Positions 24,601-38,340 of a DNA stretch of 64,000 nucleotides are shown here, piece by piece. Each line of letters opens with the position of its first letter. Positions within the stretch are counted from its first letter, which is position 1. Origin of the DNA: Azolla caroliniana (taxonomy: Eukaryota > Plantae > Polypodiophyta). The position numbers and the translations under genes are program-made. The DNA is taken from the NCBI GenBank assembly GCA_043228905.1, contig JBHGNT010000017.1:13206001-13270000 (forward strand). Reading direction: 5' to 3'. The notes under the pieces were generated by a model. The model did not search any database. It saw only the letters and a list, made by a program, of their open reading frames with translations, and was not told the origin of the DNA.

Positions 24601-24928
24601 ACTTGAGTTGTTTACAGGAAAAAGATCTATGGATAAAACAAGACCCAATGGGCAGCACCATTTGGCTGAATGGGCAAGACCTTATGTAAGCGATCGAAGA
24701 AAAATGTTAAGTATTATTGATCCTCGACTTGATGGCCATTACTCAATCAAAGGTGCACAAAGAGCTGGACACCTGGCTTATAAGTGTGTGAGCCGAGACC
24801 CAAAAATGAGACCATCAATGACTGACGTGGTACATGTCTTAAGTCAGATACAAAATCTGAATGATACAGTGATTGAAACTTATTCCACTGAAGGTTCGGC
24901 TTATTTTAGATCAGCAAGTGGACATTAA
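21643..24928 (+). CDS. receptor-like cytoplasmic kinase, RLCK-VII (PBL34/35/36- or PIX7-like), 460 aa, 6 exons
   Basis: Exons 21643-21880, 23113-23486, 23882-24017, 24112-24248, 24314-24437, 24555-24928; all GT-AG and in phase (1383 nt). Motifs [60 protein letters not shown]. Confidence 0.95.
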
Positions 24929-25690
24929 CATGCTTGTGTCAACATGATATGCACGCCAAGAATCAGACAGAAGGAATTCATGATTGTCACTGGCTTTCTT
25001 TGATCCATTTTCTTATTTACTGCCTGAGCAAATAGCTCATGGTGGTTAAATATCACATCAGCTTGAAATTTTGTTTCTGAATGCAAGAATGTGCCAGGTC
25101 ATTGCAAATAACTTCAGATGGTTTCTTCTCAGAATATAATACACTTCATCAATGATATAATCTGTGTCTTACACAACTCTTGAAGTGTTAAAGATAGGAT
25201 AATGGCACCAAAAGACTGCCACAATATTTATGGGGCTTTTTTGTACTTCACATATGATGGCTCTTACTACACGATCATTACCAACTTCTTGTTTGATGTG
25301 CTTTGTTACAACCATCCTGGGAAAGTTATTAAGATGGAATCAACCCCTGATCTCATGTTCACTGGATACTTACCCGTAAATGAGCCACATGAGGATAAGA
25401 ACCATGTATGCACCATCATGAAGTTAGGACAATGCCATATATGCATCATTTTTGAAGGCTCTCTCACAATGTTTATGGTGTTGTTTTGTTCACCGCTTGA
25501 TCATTTCAAACTATTTGTTCAATGTCCTTGCTTATGACCATCTTGGGAAAGTTCGTAGGCTGGTGTAGCCTGATCCCCTTATCTCATCTTTCGCTTACTG
25601 GGTAACCCTAAACAAGCCACAAAATCTATCCACAAATCAGTATCAAAGAATATGTAAATGATTATTTATAATGTTCTCAGTGTTTTTAAG

Positions 25691-25883
25691 TTTATGAAGC
25701 TTAAGTTGACATTAAAATGGTCGACCGTAGAGCGACCTATTTGTTTCATTATTTTCTTGTTACTTCAATAATTGAAAGCGTGATCTGATATATTTATGAA
25801 GCTTAAGTTGACATTAAAATGGATCCCGTATTTGTTTCATTATTTTCTTGTTACTTCAATAATTGAAAGCGTGATCTGATATA
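25691..25883. repeat. tandem duplication of about 100 bp
   Basis: 25691-25792 repeated at 25793-25883 with a small indel. Confidence 0.9.
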
Positions 25884-28800
25884 TTGTATCTGTCTCATCA
25901 AATTGATTGTGAGTTTGTGTTGATGTTGGCTTTATGTATAGTATGTAGACTACTTGCAAAATTTAGTAGGCATCTACAAACTTTCCCATCTTGAGCAAAT
26001 TTATGAGTGGTTCAAATTGAATAAGGAATTATAGTATGCCCTTTATATGTTGCATAGAAGAATTCTAGATGCATGTGTGTATGTGGGGGCTGTTATTCTT
26101 GGACATGTGATTGGCTTGCCAAGTTGTGGGAAGGGCAATAGCGGGCCTCTAGATTGTCATTTTTGTTATTGTATGTGGATGAACAATGCAATAGATTTCC
26201 TCTTCTGGAAATGGTTGTATGACATTTAAGAGGTTGAGTAGGGCTTGAACAATGCTGGTGTGATGGGTGGGAAATGATAACTGAGGGGTGGAAATTTTTG
26301 AGGTTCAAGGTAGGGTGATGTCCAATTATTTGGACCAAAGGTGCATGTTTAGCTGGGAATGGGTATGTAGGAGAGGTAATATGATCTCAATGGTGTGCCA
26401 TATTGCCAGTGCTAGTGATATCATTGTCTGATGTTAGTGTGGTTTTGAAGTGAAACGAAAAAATGAAGGCTAATTGGAAATTATTGATGCTCAATTAGGA
26501 GTTAAGGAAGCTAACTAGGCAACTTGCCCTTACATGATGCATAAAGTGTAATGAAGCACAATAACAATATTTGGGTAGTCAGTAGAGGTCTACAATGGTT
26601 AGCAAGGAACCATCATGTTCACTTCTTTGGCAAAGGCAGCTAGGACACACATTGGACTCAAACTTTGTTGCTATTAAGGACTTGGTTACACAATCACTTG
26701 ATAATTATGAGATAATAAACAAAACACTTCATACACAAGGTGGTTGAGATTAAAGAAAGGGAAAACACAATAATTGACTTCAAATCTTATATTGAAACCA
26801 AGGTGGTTCAATCACCCAACTTCCAGTTGTACCATGTTTTATTTGGCTCTTGACTACTAGTACTTTGGTTAATATATTCAAGCTTAACGAGATAAACTAT
26901 GACCTTCATCCTCATTTACATATGCATATAATAATTGGTTTTGCTTATATTGTTTGGTCCTACAATATAACCCCTTTATAATTACAAATATTCAATTAGT
27001 GTAAAATGTTATGATGTTTGTCGATGGTGCATTATGAATGTGTCATGCGTGTAGACAAGTGTTGAACCTCTATCCAATTGTGGAGTTGGATTGAAGAAGA
27101 AAGCAAAAGTTACGAAAACACGATACAAGAACACACAAATTGAATTGAAAGAGAAATTTAGATTTATATTGAACATTGGAACTTACATTGGGATGTGCGC
27201 TCATTGCTCTTTTTTACTTCAAGAAATGTAAGTGCTTTCTTGAGCAAAATTTGACTCTCCTATTTACCAAAATTTTGTGTTTATAGGTTCATCTGCTTTT
27301 GATAGTTGTGAGCTACATGTGAGTCCAAAAAATTGTGAATAAAGCTAGTTGTTGTATCCTCATTGATGCCAATTGTATTGATTTAGGTGCCAATTTGAGG
27401 CCGCTCTCAATCGAGGTCAAGCATAGATATATTGAGACCTTTAGTCTTATTAGCACCTTCCACATTGGTAGTAATTGTGGGATGAGCCATCCCATCCTCA
27501 TCCTTAGGTAGAAAATATACAATCAAGAGCACTCTTGGAAACCACCTAACATAAACAATATAAACAACACAATCAAAACAACTTACATCCCTAGTGTGAG
27601 AGGCGCAAAATGGTTGAGGGCCTAGCCGTACCAAAGAGAACATAGTATCATGCTAATTATGAAATTCTTTGTGATAAACAATTGGTTCAGTTATAATTCT
27701 TTCCCTAGATTTTCTAATTCTTGTATCAAATGTAGTATGAGAAAGAAGGAAGCCTTGTAATGGAAAAATATTGTGGTGCTTGCAATCTATGATGAGTGAG
27801 AGTAATCCTGTTAACTCATCTTTCTCTTAATTAAAGGTCTCAAGACAAACTTGGTGGTTCTTGTCATAGATTTATGTTCCCCATTGTTAATTTTATTGAC
27901 ATTTGAACCCTTTGTTTTGGGTTTATAACTTCATGGTGGTACCACAAACGGCAGTACCACGATTAATAACAATTGTGACACTTTTGCTCATTCTTGATTC
28001 AGTAACATCGTCACATCACTAATGACATTGTGTAATACATTTTGCTATTTGTGTTGTCTAATGTCCCAAAGTTATAAATGATGGCACTCATTGTTACAAA
28101 AGACTAGTTGGAGATTGTGCTAGATTTGAACAACTTGAGCATGTATGAAAAGAAACGAATAGAATATATTTTTATCTTCAACGAAGACAAATTTGATCTA
28201 TGAGACCAAATCAACATACCATCTTACATGTGACTCCTTCTGAAGAGGGGGGTTTATTACTCTACACTATATGTGAAAATAATGCACAAAAGCATGTGCT
28301 CATCTTTCTTGGTGGAGTTCTGAGTATGAATCTTAAATTATTATGCCTCTAACAAGCTATCATTCTTCTCACAAATTATCGTATATGTTGAGCATGTAAG
28401 AAGTAAGTTATGTTCATCCTCCGCTAGGTTTTCATTTCCTAAGTTACTTGCATATCTTCATGCTTGGGCGATGATGCCATGATGCTATCTTAACACCTAA
28501 CTTACATGAGAGAGTTTGAAGAAGTGTTAAGGCTCATGGAGAGCCAAAGCTCATTGGGGTAGTGACATGTGCTTGGATATGTTCTGGCCTTTTTACGTTG
28601 TAGTGCGTTGAATATTAAGGGTTAACATTTGCAATTCAATATTCCAAATTTGGCAATTTAGCATTTTACCACTTCATCCTAGTGCCTCTATTATCTATCT
28701 TCGATGATCACCTACTTCATAGCATCACTTGAGATCTCCATTTCATGATGTTAAGCACCTCTCCATGTTATGTATCATGATCTTGACAAACAATGCATGA

Positions 28801-29348
28801 AGAGTGTTTTAGAAAAGCACATCTATTGAAGAGGCCTTGGAAGAATTATAAATATTAGGCCTAGCTACCCTCATTAGACATATTACATCAAAAGGCTGAA
28901 GTCTTGAGACGCCAATGGTGCAAGCTAGGCTTTCATTGTGATGATCGTGTTACCTCTTCCAAGGTACTAGTCATCTTAATATCTGTCACTGGTAGGTTAG
29001 TTATGTCTTGATCATAACTCAGGGGTGGTTGGGAGGATTAGGTTCTTCTATACAATCTGTTCACCTTTCTTTTACTTTAATTTGGTCTTTTGATTAGTAA
29101 GAGATTCTTAACAATCCATGTGAGAGGATTTTGTTCTTATTAGTGTTTTATGAATTGCATCCTATGTTCCAAGCCTATTTTGAAAATTTGTGATCATGCA
29201 TATTCTTGACCTTTAGACACACTTTTATACTCTTTGCATGACTAGCACCTCTATGTGCGCACTTGTTTATGATAACATGACCAAATAGGATGTGTTGTCT
29301 ACATACGAACAACTTTTGAATTTTCTCTATTTCATTCCATTCATTTAG

Positions 29349-29514
29349 TGTTGGGCTAAAAGTCCCACTCCACCTATTGTACTCCTAGTGTGAACGCGTC
29401 CTCTAAGTTGGGGCTCAGTTTTCCCTAACTATAAATATGAGGAACTATATTCTTTTAAAGTCGTTCGAAGGGACTCTTGAATGCAACTGTCATCTTGCGT
29501 TACAACTGTGTAAC

Positions 29515-29552
<38 letters not shown>

Positions 29553-31443
29553 TGCACGAATTTCTCTCACAACCACAATGTGCACTCTTGTTTGCAACAT
29601 TCATTGGTAAAGTTCTTGAACATCGAGAGTCGCTACTCACTTTCTCTCTCTCTCTCTCTCTCTCCTTGCACGAATTTCTCTCACAACCACAATGTGCACT
29701 CTCGGTTGCAACATTCCTTGATAAAGTTCTTGAACATTGAGAGTCGCTACTCACTTTCACACGTATCACGTGAAATGTAATATTTTTGGTCTCATATGTC
29801 ATATTTGACCTCCGAAGATGATAATCTCTCTCTCTCTCTCTCTCTCTCTTTGTGTATATCTCATTGACAGGAACAATATACCATATCTCTCTTGTTACTT
29901 GCTTGCTAACTCCATACACTAGATCCATATTATTCCAATCTAGTCGGCATATCATCATACCATAGCTGGCTAAGCCACAATTCGGATTTCAACAACAACA
30001 CAAGGAGGAAAACTGACTAAAGGAAAGGACTAGGTCAAATACTTACTTCCACAAGAATGATGGCCTTGACATCGGACACTGGTTGTAAGATCAGAAAATT
30101 CGATGGTAGAAACTTTGCCCTTTGGAAGGAGATAATGTAGGATGTATTGATCATCCGGCATCAAATCGAGGCTATTCGGCACAATAGCAAGCTGACCTCG
30201 ATGACTACTGACGAATGGCCATCACTTGACGAAATAGCAAGATCAACCATTCGGATGCACTTGGCCGAAAACATCTACTTCAACATGGTAAAAGAGACGA
30301 TGGCATTCACCTTGTGAGAGAAGCTACAAGCCAATACGAAAAGAAGTCGAACTCATCAAGACTCATATTGATTCAACAACTATTCAATATGAAGATGAAT
30401 GAAACTGAGTTGGCAACCTCCCACGTCAACACCTTCAGCTAGGTGTTGATCGAACTCTCCTCGTAAGGATTGAACTTTGAAGAAGAAATCAAATCCCGTT
30501 CACTTCTCTCGAGCCTATCGACAAGTTAGGAAGTCTTCTGCAAGACGATCACGAATAGCTCAACAAAGCTAATGCTTGAGGAAGAGATCAGATAGATCCT
30601 CTCAAAAGATCTTCAAAGAAAATCGATGGGACTCACCATCAATGATAATGTCATAGCCCATTTTTCTGCTAATACGGCTCAGAGAATAGGCCAAATCCAA
30701 AGCCCACCAAGGAGAAGAAATGACCAATAACGGTCGAAGTCACAGAATGACAAGCCAAATGCTCCTACTGCACACACTACAGGAAAGGCCAAACATAGTG
30801 TTGTCGACAACTAGTTGCTAAAAAGGAAGAGAATTGCATGAAAATTTGATTGGAATTTATGATAATCCATTTTGAACCACCCTCCAACTATCAACCAATA
30901 AAATTATGTTGAATCCTGGTCGGAAGAAGTCCTACTTGGCCGAAGATGCCGATGCAATCTAACTTGGCAATAGGCAGGAGTGCAAAATTGCTAGAATCAA
31001 CGAAATACCCATTCAACTACTGAATGGAAGCATGATCACCATGCACTATGACGACATGTACCTGATCTAAAGAGGAGTCTAATCTCCATCGTAATTTTAG
31101 CCGAAGAAGGGTACAAGATGACACTGAGCGAGTCATCATGGCACATTACGAGAGGAAATCTCCGAATCGGTTATGGCACAAAGTACAATAATTTGTACTT
31201 GCTCACTGTAATCGAATGGGAGGGATCACTAAATATAGCCGAATTACCAACCCCTACGTTGTGGCATGGCCAACTAGGACACATGTCGTAAGCTGGATTC
31301 GAACATCTATCAACAATCGGCTACATACCAAAGCTCAACGATGCTGAGAATGACTTCTACGGGCATTGTCAATAGGGGAAACAATCCTGAAGCCCTCACT
31401 CTCTACACTACGAGACAACATCACAACCCCTAGAGTTCATCCA
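29349..31443 (+). mobile_element. heavily degraded Ty1/copia (family D): LTR-like region and gag to start of integrase
   Basis: TGTTGGGC start, TATAAATA, internal duplication 29517-29756; KFDGRNFALWKE at about 30095; LWHGQLGHMS at about 31258; many stops. Confidence 0.7.
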
Positions 31444-31655
31444 TGTTGAGTGACAAGCTCAATATGAGCCAAACTAGCTAAAGGCCGAGTTGGCTAAAGA
31501 AGCCGAAAACCGGATCGGCTGGAAGCCGTAATAGGAATATTATATAGACAATTTAGTGTCAGAGCTCACTTATGCTCATTAAAGAGCTTGTCAATACTTG
31601 TGTCAGCCCACTGTTAGGGGCTTGTATAAAAAGTGCTCTATGAGCACATTGTGCT
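31444..31655 (+). repeat. copia B2-type LTR fragment
   Basis: TGTTGAGTGACAAGCTCAA start and CTTGTATAAAAAGTGCTC...GAGCACAT match the LTR at 38474. Confidence 0.7.
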
Positions 31656-31659
31656 AGGA

Positions 31660-34650
31660 TTAGGACCGTAGATAGACGAGAAAGATAGACTAAAAAATAC
31701 AAAACAAAAAACAAAAAACACAGTACACACTCGTTTACATCGAAACTCTACAACAAGGAAAACCACGAGGCAACATATTTTCACTATATATCTGAGATAC
31801 AAGAGGAAAAACAGATTCTTCCAATCAACAACTGGCTTCTCCCATTAGGACGTCTAAGGGATAAAATCCTAACAAACTGCCCCTTCACTCCCATAGGGAG
31901 AGTCTGTCAATCCTGTCTTCTATCGACAAGCTCTGAGTTCGTCCATAGGTAGGATTTTTGTGAGCATGTCGGATCCATTAGGGTAAACTCTTCCTCATCC
32001 ACTATCTCTTGTAACTAGTGATACCTTCTCTGTATATGCTTGGTTCGAGAGTGGCAAGCAACGTTCTTGGTTAGATGTATGGCACTCTGGTTATCACAGT
32101 GAAGTAAGAATTTTTCTTGCTTCATTCCTAGTTCACTAAGAAATTTTTTCATCCATATTAACTCCTTCACGGCCTCTACTGCAACCATATATTCTACCTT
32201 TGTGGTGGACAAAGCCACAACCTTTTGCAATCTTGACTGCGATGAAATTGCTCCCCCTGCATAGGTCATTACATAACCTGATGTGGATCGACTGGAGTCT
32301 ATATCCCTCGACATGTTTGAATTGGTAAAATCTTTGAGCATAGGTTTTCCAAAACCATACCTAACGCATACCCTTGAGGTGCCTCTCAAATACATGAATA
32401 TCCATTTCACAACTACCTAGTGTTCTCTTCCTGGATTACTCATATATCGGCTTACTATTCCGAATGCAAATGTTATTTTTGGTCTCATATAGACCATAGC
32501 ATACATCAAACTACTGATGGTCGAGGCATATGGTGATTTCCTCATCTTGGTCTTGTCCTTTTCGCTTTTCGGACATTGGCCAACATTAAGCTTGCAATTT
32601 GCCGGCAATGTAGATCCTACTTGTTTTGCGTCCGGAATGTTAAATCTTTCCAAAATATTTGTCACATACTTCTCTTGTGACAACCATAGCACATTCTTAG
32701 TTCTATCTCGAACTATGTGCATCCCCAAGATTTGTTTGGCCGGTCCAAGATCTTTCATGGCAAACGACTTGCCTAGTTCTTTCTTCAAGCTCACAATCTT
32801 CTTGGTGTCTTGTCTGACCACTAACATGTCATCCACATATAGCAAGAGAATCAAGAAGTCTCCTTCATTATACCTTTTGACAAACACACAGTGATAAACT
32901 TGTGTTCTATGGAATCCATGTTCCAACATGAAGGATTCAAACTTCTTATACCATTGTCATGGAGCTTGTGTTAGACCGTAAAAACTCTTCCGTAGTCGAC
33001 ATACCAGATTCTCTTTTCCTTTCTCCACAAAACCTTCGAGCTGCTGCATATAGATTTCTTCATCTAAATCCCCATTCAAGAATGTTGCTTTGACATCCAC
33101 TTGCTCTATTTCTAGATTCATACTGGCAACAATACTTAACACTATTCAAATGGACGTCATCTTTACGACTAGTGCAAAAATCTCATCAAAGCCGACCCCC
33201 TTTTTTTGCTGAAATCCCTTTACTACAATTCGGGCCTTTTATCTTGGTGAGTTGCCAACTTCCCCATTTTCAGCTTGAAGAACCATTTTTTTCTAGGGCT
33301 CTCTTACCTTTCGATAGCTCTACCAAGTCGAAAGTGTAATTTTCATGCAAGGAGTCCATTTCATCTTGCATTGCTCTTTGCCACTTCTCCTTGTGCTCAT
33401 CTGCCATGGCTTCTACGTAACATTCCGACTCATCCTCCTCAGTGAATAGAATATATTAGTTGGAGTATCAAGAGGGTGCTCTCCTTTGTCTGAGTGGGTA
33501 TCTCCTTCCTCCCATAGTCGGCTCAGGTTCAGATGTTCTTGCCGACTCTTCATCAGGCTTAGGTTCATATGTATTTGTCGGCTGTTGGAAATTGACTGAC
33601 TTTGACTTGTATGCATCAATTGATCTCTGTAGGTCAGCCAACTTTGACTCATATACATATTAGTCGGTTGCTCCGAGTCGACTGTGCTGAATGGCTGTCT
33701 CCTAACAACCGACCGTGTAGAGTCGACTAGTCCTGTGTCCATAGTAGTGAGAGTCGACTAGGAAGACGACCCCGAATTTCGCTATTTTCAGTTTTCAATC
33801 GTTTTGTCTTCCATAAATACTTTGTCTTGAATCCTCACCACTTTCTTGTCGAGTTTATCCCACAACCTGTAGTCTAATTCATCCTCAGAGTACCCTATAA
33901 ATATGCAAGGTTTCGACTTGCTGTCGAGTTTCGACCTTTGATCGTTAGCAACGTGCATATATGACAGGCATCCGAACACCTTCAAGTGTTGATAAGACAC
34001 ATCCTTACCTATCCATACCCGTTGTGGGACTTCTCCTTTCAGGGGCACTTAGGGAGACCTGTTAATCACATAGATTACTGTCAACATAACTTCCGCCCAA
34101 TACGATTTTGGAATCTTTGCATGTGACAACATGCTTCTCACTCTTTCCATTATGGTTTGATTCATCCTCTCTACAAGACCATTCAATTCAGGGGTCTTAG
34201 GCACCGTATATTCGAGTCTTATGTCTTGGGTCTTGCAATACTCCTCGAATTGTCCTCTGTACTCGCCACCATTGTCGGTCTGGACAACCGTCAACTTTCT
34301 TCCAGACTCTCTTTCAGTTCTAGCTTGAAATTCCTTAAAGAACAACAACGCTTGGTCTTTTGACTTTAGCACGAAAGCCCACAACGTTATGCTATAGTCA
34401 TCAATGAATGTTACAAAATATTGTCCACCACGATATGATTGAGCATCTATGTAGCATACATCAGTGTGGACCAGTTCTAGTGCACATTCTCTTCTCTTTG
34501 GTGGCCTAGAGTGAAATGCAGCTTTGTTTTGCTTTCCAACTAGGCAATTGACACATTTCTCAAGGTGTATCCCTTTCACTTCTCGAAGAAATTTCTTCTC
34601 GGCTAGGATATGCATGCCTCTCTCACTCATGTGACCAAGCCTGTTTTACC
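31660..34650 (-). mobile_element. degraded Ty1/copia (A-related): IN-RT-RNase H, PPT and 3' LTR
   Basis: ELVHTDVC, QTDNGGEY, LLLYVDDML, SRTKHIQRRYH; PPT at 31875-31886, LTR from 31874 leftwards. Confidence 0.9.
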
Positions 34651-36230
34651 TAACTGTCTCTTGTTGTCTGGGTCAGCCGATAGTGTTTGTTTTGTACATT
34701 CCGCAAGTAACTCTTTTCATGGTATCAAAGTGTGAGAGTTGAGAAGAATCCTTTGATGCCAACAAGCACTTTAACACAGACAAGGCGAATATCTTTAGAA
34801 CAAAAATTGACAGGAACATGGATAGAGGAATGTAATTCACTGCCAACAGAAAAGCTCGATGGGAGCAACTATGCATCTTGGGCATACAAGATGCATCAGT
34901 ATCTGCTCGGACATGGCTATTGGAGTTACGTGGAAGGAGAAAATGATGTAGCTTAGAAGCTGACACACATGAATTTCTCGGCCTGGGAATAGGTGGCACA
35001 CAAAGTCCTATATTTCTTTGCATCTTGTGTGAGCAATCAGACATGACTATTGGAGTTACGTAGAAGGAGCAAACGATGCAACACTAGAGTTGACACATAT
35101 GGATTTCCCGGCCTGGGAATAGGCGGCAAGTAGAGTCCTGTATTGCTTTGCATCTTGTGCGAGTGATCAATTGCTTGGCTACATTTGGAACCCCAAGAAG
35201 CCAAAAGATACTTGGGGAAATCTGAAGAAGATCTTCGCTACAAGCACGATGGCCAGGAAGTTGCAACTCAAACATGAGCTCAACAACATTCGGTAGAGAG
35301 ATCTGTTAGTGGCAAATTATGCCTCAAAAATCAAGGAGATCTACGAACACTGGGATCTATCAATGTGATAGTGAATGAGGATGAGATGGTGCAGATTTTC
35401 CTAGAAGGTTTAGCACAGAGGTCGGGATCATTCCAAATGGCAGTACGCACAAGGGAGAAAACATTGTACTTCTTCAAGTTGTAGTTGATGTGTCTTGTCG
35501 AAGAGAATCACGCGGGTGCATCGACGGGCATGCACACCAACAATAAGATGTTGTACATGGAGGCGGATCGGCCCATGGTCATGGAGGACGAGGCGGATCG
35601 GCACGAACAAATGATGGCCAATATGATTAGAACCAAAGGCACAACAAGAGTGCCGATAGTAGTGGACTCTCCACGAGTAGGGGGAGTCAGGGTGGTCTCA
35701 GAATCCGGCAAGGAAAAGAAATAGAAAGGCAATAGGGAAAGCGAGTGCTGGAAAAAGAAGGCCAATTTCGATAGATTCGAATCAAGCAGAGTTGATTCCA
35801 AGAGAAAGCAAAGATCGCACTACACCGAGGGCTCAAGCAGGCCAGAATAGGCCGTGCATTTGTCATAGCACAAAACCAATCAAATGGGCGTGAACCACAA
35901 AACAAATCGTCGACTAAGACATGCAGCTACTCCATCGAAGATGAAGGCCAGATCATGATGCGAGGGTGTAGAGACGAGAGGAAGTTCATCCTCGATACCA
36001 ACGATGTTGGCACTAGTATGTTTGCCAAAGGACAAAAGGTCGAATCAGACACAAGCAGATCAACCACATCAACTTCCCATGGCTTCAAGAGATACAAACA
36101 AAGGAAATTTTTTTCGGCTTGCCAAAATTCTGTGGCCGGAAGGGCCAAGTTCACGAAGCCTGTCAATTACGGAAGCAACACTAGCTTATATTCCCCAACA
36201 AGCACAATTGGAGCCGAAACATACTTGATC
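34651..36230 (+). mobile_element. copia B2 fragment (LTR end, PBS, degraded gag, deleted pol)
   Basis: PBS TGGTATCAAAG at 34720; EKLDGSNYASWAYKMHQYLLGHGYW; 130-bp tandem duplication 34911-35170; FILDTNDVG matches 40330. Confidence 0.85.
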
Positions 36231-36235
36231 TAATC

Positions 36236-36720
36236 TTGTAAAGAAATGGAGAGTGTAGGTGATCTCGTGTAGCGCAAGGAAACTGTGTGTGTGTGTGTGA
36301 GTAAGAAAACGATCAAGGCAATGCACAGACAAAAACGGGGGGCAAGAAACAAAGAAAAAGAAAGAATAGAGACACCGAGGTTTAACGTGGAAACCCGAAC
36401 TGGGAAAAACCACGTGGAGTCCACAAACTCCAAAACAGATCACTAAGATAGAGGAGAAGTACAATGAGAAACTCAAAGGCAATGACCTCAAGTTCTCCTT
36501 TGTTTGACAGACGGCTACAGAGTTACACTCACACACACACTCTCTCTCACTCACAATTAACGAGGCAACTACCTCGGCTACTTTTTGCTGCTCTAGGAGA
36601 CAGGTCCTCTACCGAGGGAGAAGAAAAATCCCAAGGTCAATCATTTGTAAACTTGTAGCCGACTCAATCTGCATATGTGTACCCTCTGAGTCGAACGACC
36701 GTTTCCGACATATACAAGAT
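36236..36720 (-). repeat. mosaic of copia LTR fragments
   Basis: 36236-36300 is reverse-complementary to the LTR end at 16625-16681; 36380-36445 matches the A2 LTR at 56693-56760. Confidence 0.6.
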
Positions 36721-36759
36721 GTCATAATCCATCGTCCCACTAACGTACCTAAGTACTCT

Positions 36760-37830
36760 CTTAGCGCAATCTAGATGAATATTCTAAGGTTTCTGCATGA
36801 ATTGGCTAAGTAGACCGACCAAATAGCTGAGGTGGGGTTGTGTGATGGTAAGATAGATTAACTTACCAAACAGATGACGATATTGAGTCAACTCACACTC
36901 TTATGTCGCAGAGTCGACATCGAGCTTTCGGTTTCGATCGAGAGGGGTTGACATAGGTTTGCACTTTGTCATCCCGAACTTGTATAACAAGTTTAGGATG
37001 TAGTGTCGTTGGAAGATCATGATCTTGACTAGTGTCCGAATTACTTCTATATTGAGGAAGTAATGGAGCTCTTGCATGTCTTTTATTTCGAATTTGCCAG
37101 GCATGAGGGATTTGACCTTACTCATGTTGGCTAGATTATCTCCTTCGATGACTAGATCATCCACGTACAAGATGATGACAATCAAGCTTTTGGAATCGCT
37201 TCTCATGTAGACGGAGTTGTTCGATTTCGACGTTCGGAAGCCGATTTGGTGAAGATACTGAGTAATCATTGAATGCCAAGCACGCGGTGCTTGGTTGAGT
37301 GCGTACAATGGCTTCTTGAGTTGGCAGACTATGGTCGGGTAATTGGTCAATTGAAAACTGGGCAGTTCATGACACCACCTCTCCTAATTCTCCTTGAAGA
37401 TAGGCATCTTCACGTTCATTTGATAGAGACGCCACCCTCTAGCAACTACGAGTGCAATGACTGTCTGAATAGTTTTCATCTTTGCCATCGGGGCAAAGGT
37501 CTCCTTGTAATCGACTCTGAGCGTTTGAGCATATCCTTTTGCTACGAGTCGTGGTTTGTAGCAGTTTACCGAGCCGTCAACATTATATTTCACCTTGTAA
37601 ATCAACCTTCACCAATCAATTTCTTGTGTGGTGAGTTAGGGATGAGATCCCATGTCTCGTTCTTGCATAGCGCCTGCATCTCCTCGTTCATGCCTTCGAC
37701 CCATCGTGGATCCTTGGTTGGCTCGAAAACATTTTTTGGTTCTCAGAGTGTCGCCACCTTCATCATAAAGGCATAATGATATGCCATGTGGTCATCATAG
37801 CCGAATCAACTGAGTGGGTTTTTCTCTCGG
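36760..37830 (-). pseudogene. copia B-type RT fragment
   Basis: YKPRLVAKGYAQ, DYKETFAP, LYALNQAPRAW, ILYVDDL. Confidence 0.88.
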
Positions 37831-37859
37831 GTACAAAAAGTCAAATGGGAGTAGTTACA

Positions 37860-38340
37860 CCTACTTACCCCACTCTTGTACACATGTACACACACACACA
37901 CACACACACACACTCTTCCTCACACATTACACCTTAACCCTCCTGTACACCTATATGGGTAACACCTGGCACGCCTATGGGACAGTGCATTGCGTGTCGA
38001 ACCCACTTGCCATGGCAAACTCTCGTCGACCGGAAATCTATCGTCTTCCCGTCGGTTGGAAATACCTTGATCGGATCACTTCTCTACGATCGATAACTTC
38101 GATCGGAGCTTGGTTGACACGAACCTTCTCGTCCGGTCAGCACATCTCACGTTTGGATCACATACCAATCCGCTCGTCTTCTGGGGCATGGATCGTAAGA
38201 TCGCATTGTGTGTATGTGTATTCATTCTTTCCTCCATTGATCTTCTCATCGGTCGGAAATACCTCAACTGGATCACTGGTCTACGATCGGATCTTGCTTG
38301 ACACGAACCTTCCCATTCGGTCAACACAATATGAAAATCG
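37860..38340 (+). mobile_element. diverged relative of the 2.9-3.25 kb LTR-end/PBS/leader
   Basis: GGGTAACA-cc-TGGCACGCCTATGGGACAGTGC...TCGACCGGAA...TCGATCGGAGC...GACACGAAC, collinear with 2940-3260. Confidence 0.7.

Noticed and set aside
14173-24928. Propeller gene and kinase as a functional pair
   Set aside because: Only head-to-head adjacency across about 6 kb of TE relics; no evidence of co-regulation.
25900-29340. Short ORFs downstream of the kinase
   Set aside because: No recognisable domains, splice pattern or element ends.
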